From a virus (Duplodnaviria; Heunggongvirae; Uroviricota; Caudoviricetes): 8,945 bases of DNA. Every line of letters begins with the position of its first letter. Position 1 is the first letter of the stretch. A program made the position numbers and the translations under genes. The stretch is taken from the IMG/VR virus record IMGVR_UViG_2585427729_000015, positions 1 to 8,945 of that record. One strand, 5' to 3'. Of the stretch, positions 7,848 to 8,945 are shown one piece after another. The notes beneath the pieces were generated by a model. That model saw nothing but the letters and a program-made list of their open reading frames with translations, was not told where the DNA came from and did no database searches.

Positions 7848-8288
7848 ATGAATCGTTTTGTGTTCAGTCCATCTGAGTCCCGTTTTTATGCCATCGAGTG
7901 GCAGGCTGATTATGTTGATAATAATTGTTGGCCGCATGATGCCATTAACGTTAGTGACAGCATTTATTATGAGTTTTCCGGCACTCCCCCTACAGGTAAG
8001 CAACTTATAACTTTAAATAACATGCCATCATGGGGTGATATTCCTCCACCTACACGAGAAGAATTAATTGTCACCGCTGATGTCGAGAAGCAAAAAAGAA
8101 TAGATTTAGCCAATGATTACATGAACGGTAAGCAATGGCCTGGTAAAGCAGCTATTGGTCGTCTGAAAGGTGAGGAACTGGCACAATATAATTTGTGGCT
8201 GGATTATCTGGACGCACTGGAGCTGGTCGATACCGCCAGTGCGCCAGATATTGAATGGCCTACGCCTCCGGCAGTTCAGGCCAGATGA
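7848..8288 (+). CDS. Phage tail fibre assembly protein (Tfa/U-like chaperone)
   Basis: 146 aa with the characteristic C-terminal region ...YNLWLDYLDALELVDTASAPDIEWPTPP shared by lambdoid/Mu/P2 tail-fibre assembly proteins. AGGA Shine-Dalgarno 7 nt upstream. Confidence 0.75.
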   Translation: MNRFVFSPSESRFYAIEWQADYVDNNCWPHDAINVSDSIYYEFSGTPPTGKQLITLNNMPSWGDIPPPTREELIVTADVEKQKRIDLANDYMNGKQWPGKAAIGRLKGEELAQYNLWLDYLDALELVDTASAPDIEWPTPPAVQAR

Positions 8289-8862
8289 CATCCGGCGCGG
8301 TGCTCGTATCTGTTGCTGTCACCGCGTCAATGTAATCCAGCACAGTGTTAAGGCTGGTTGTTTCTGCCTGCGTCAGTTTACGTCCGGCCTGCAATTTCAG
8401 CTGAATCAGACTGATTGAATCCATTACAGTATCAATCAGTGACTGGCGCTGTGCTTCTGCTGCATCTACTGCGGCGCTATGCTGTGCTTCGGTATCCGTC
8501 ACCCATTTCTCACCATCCCATTTATCGTATGGCGTTAACGGGGCGATAGTGGTTGTATTATCAGGGTAATCACCCGGAACTGTGATTTCTTTTGATTCTC
8601 CTGTTTCGGTGCTAAAGACGATTTCACCGCGATAGTCTGGCACATATTCCCATGAGTTAAAATCTACAGATCGGCAGATTGCATAACCAGCTTTGTATGT
8701 GACAGGGGCATCTAAACAGGAATATGCAGGGATACCGACACCAACGGCAAGATATTCAGTTGATGTGGAAATATATTCCCGTGTTTCACCATCATAGTTA
8801 TAGACGGTAATATTCCCCGCCTTTGTAGCAATAAACTCGCTATTTAATACAGCGTTATCCAT
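8260..8862 (-). CDS. Phage tail fibre assembly protein (Tfa/U'-like), convergent with the plus-strand tfa
   Basis: 200 aa; ...PYDKWDGEKWVTDTEAQ... and C-terminal ...DAVTATDTSTAPDVIWPELPEA match the Tfa family pattern. GAGGG Shine-Dalgarno upstream; start ATG overlaps the stop of an upstream minus-strand ORF (TAATG). Confidence 0.8.
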   Translation of the reverse strand: MDNAVLNSEFIATKAGNITVYNYDGETREYISTSTEYLAVGVGIPAYSCLDAPVTYKAGYAICRSVDFNSWEYVPDYRGEIVFSTETGESKEITVPGDYPDNTTTIAPLTPYDKWDGEKWVTDTEAQHSAAVDAAEAQRQSLIDTVMDSISLIQLKLQAGRKLTQAETTSLNTVLDYIDAVTATDTSTAPDVIWPELPEA

Positions 8863-8945
8863 TATGCAGCCCTCACGATATAGTTAAATGCAATATTCCG
8901 TGGACGGGTTTCATTTATCCCATATGCTGTTGTTCTCTGATTCCC
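8862..8945 (-). CDS. 3' end of a minus-strand tail-fibre gene (partial; continues beyond the window end)
   Basis: Open frame across the final 27 codons (...GNQRTTAYGINETRPRNIAFNYIVRAA-stop) with its TAA overlapping the ATG of the downstream tfa. Too short for independent confirmation. Confidence 0.4.
   Translation of the reverse strand, partial: GNQRTTAYGINETRPRNIAFNYIVRAA

Noticed and set aside
8106-8418. Track ORFs 8106-8291(-) and 8170-8418(+)
   Set aside because: Alternative-frame or antisense overlaps of the two tail-fibre-assembly genes; Cys/Arg-rich translations typical of shadow ORFs.

Overview
This 8.9 kb window is a mosaic junction of mobile DNA built around a 46-nt tRNA-Thr 3' fragment (att core, 1731-1776, minus strand). 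Left of the core is a degraded integrative element: a partial IS911-like IS3-family insertion sequence (1-380, orfA only) inserted into an excisionase-like gene whose remnant (381-679) runs into a tyrosine integrase gene (556-1716) that reads toward the core. Right of the core is accessory cargo of a second element, most likely a prophage: a 750 bp ORF-poor spacer, a very AT-rich three-gene cassette (ParA/MinD-family ATPase plus two orphan proteins, 2524-4425), a frameshifted umuC-like remnant (minus, about 4463-4958), a GmrSD-like DUF262/DUF1524 candidate type IV restriction gene (5356-7245), and a tail-fibre module with two convergent tail-fibre-assembly genes (7475-8945). The best candidate for an undescribed system is the AT-rich three-gene cassette, sitting in a classic prophage defence hotspot between att and the tail-fibre genes. 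All calls rest on reading the supplied ORF translations, motifs and my recollection of protein families; no database search was possible, so the family names are hypotheses to confirm.
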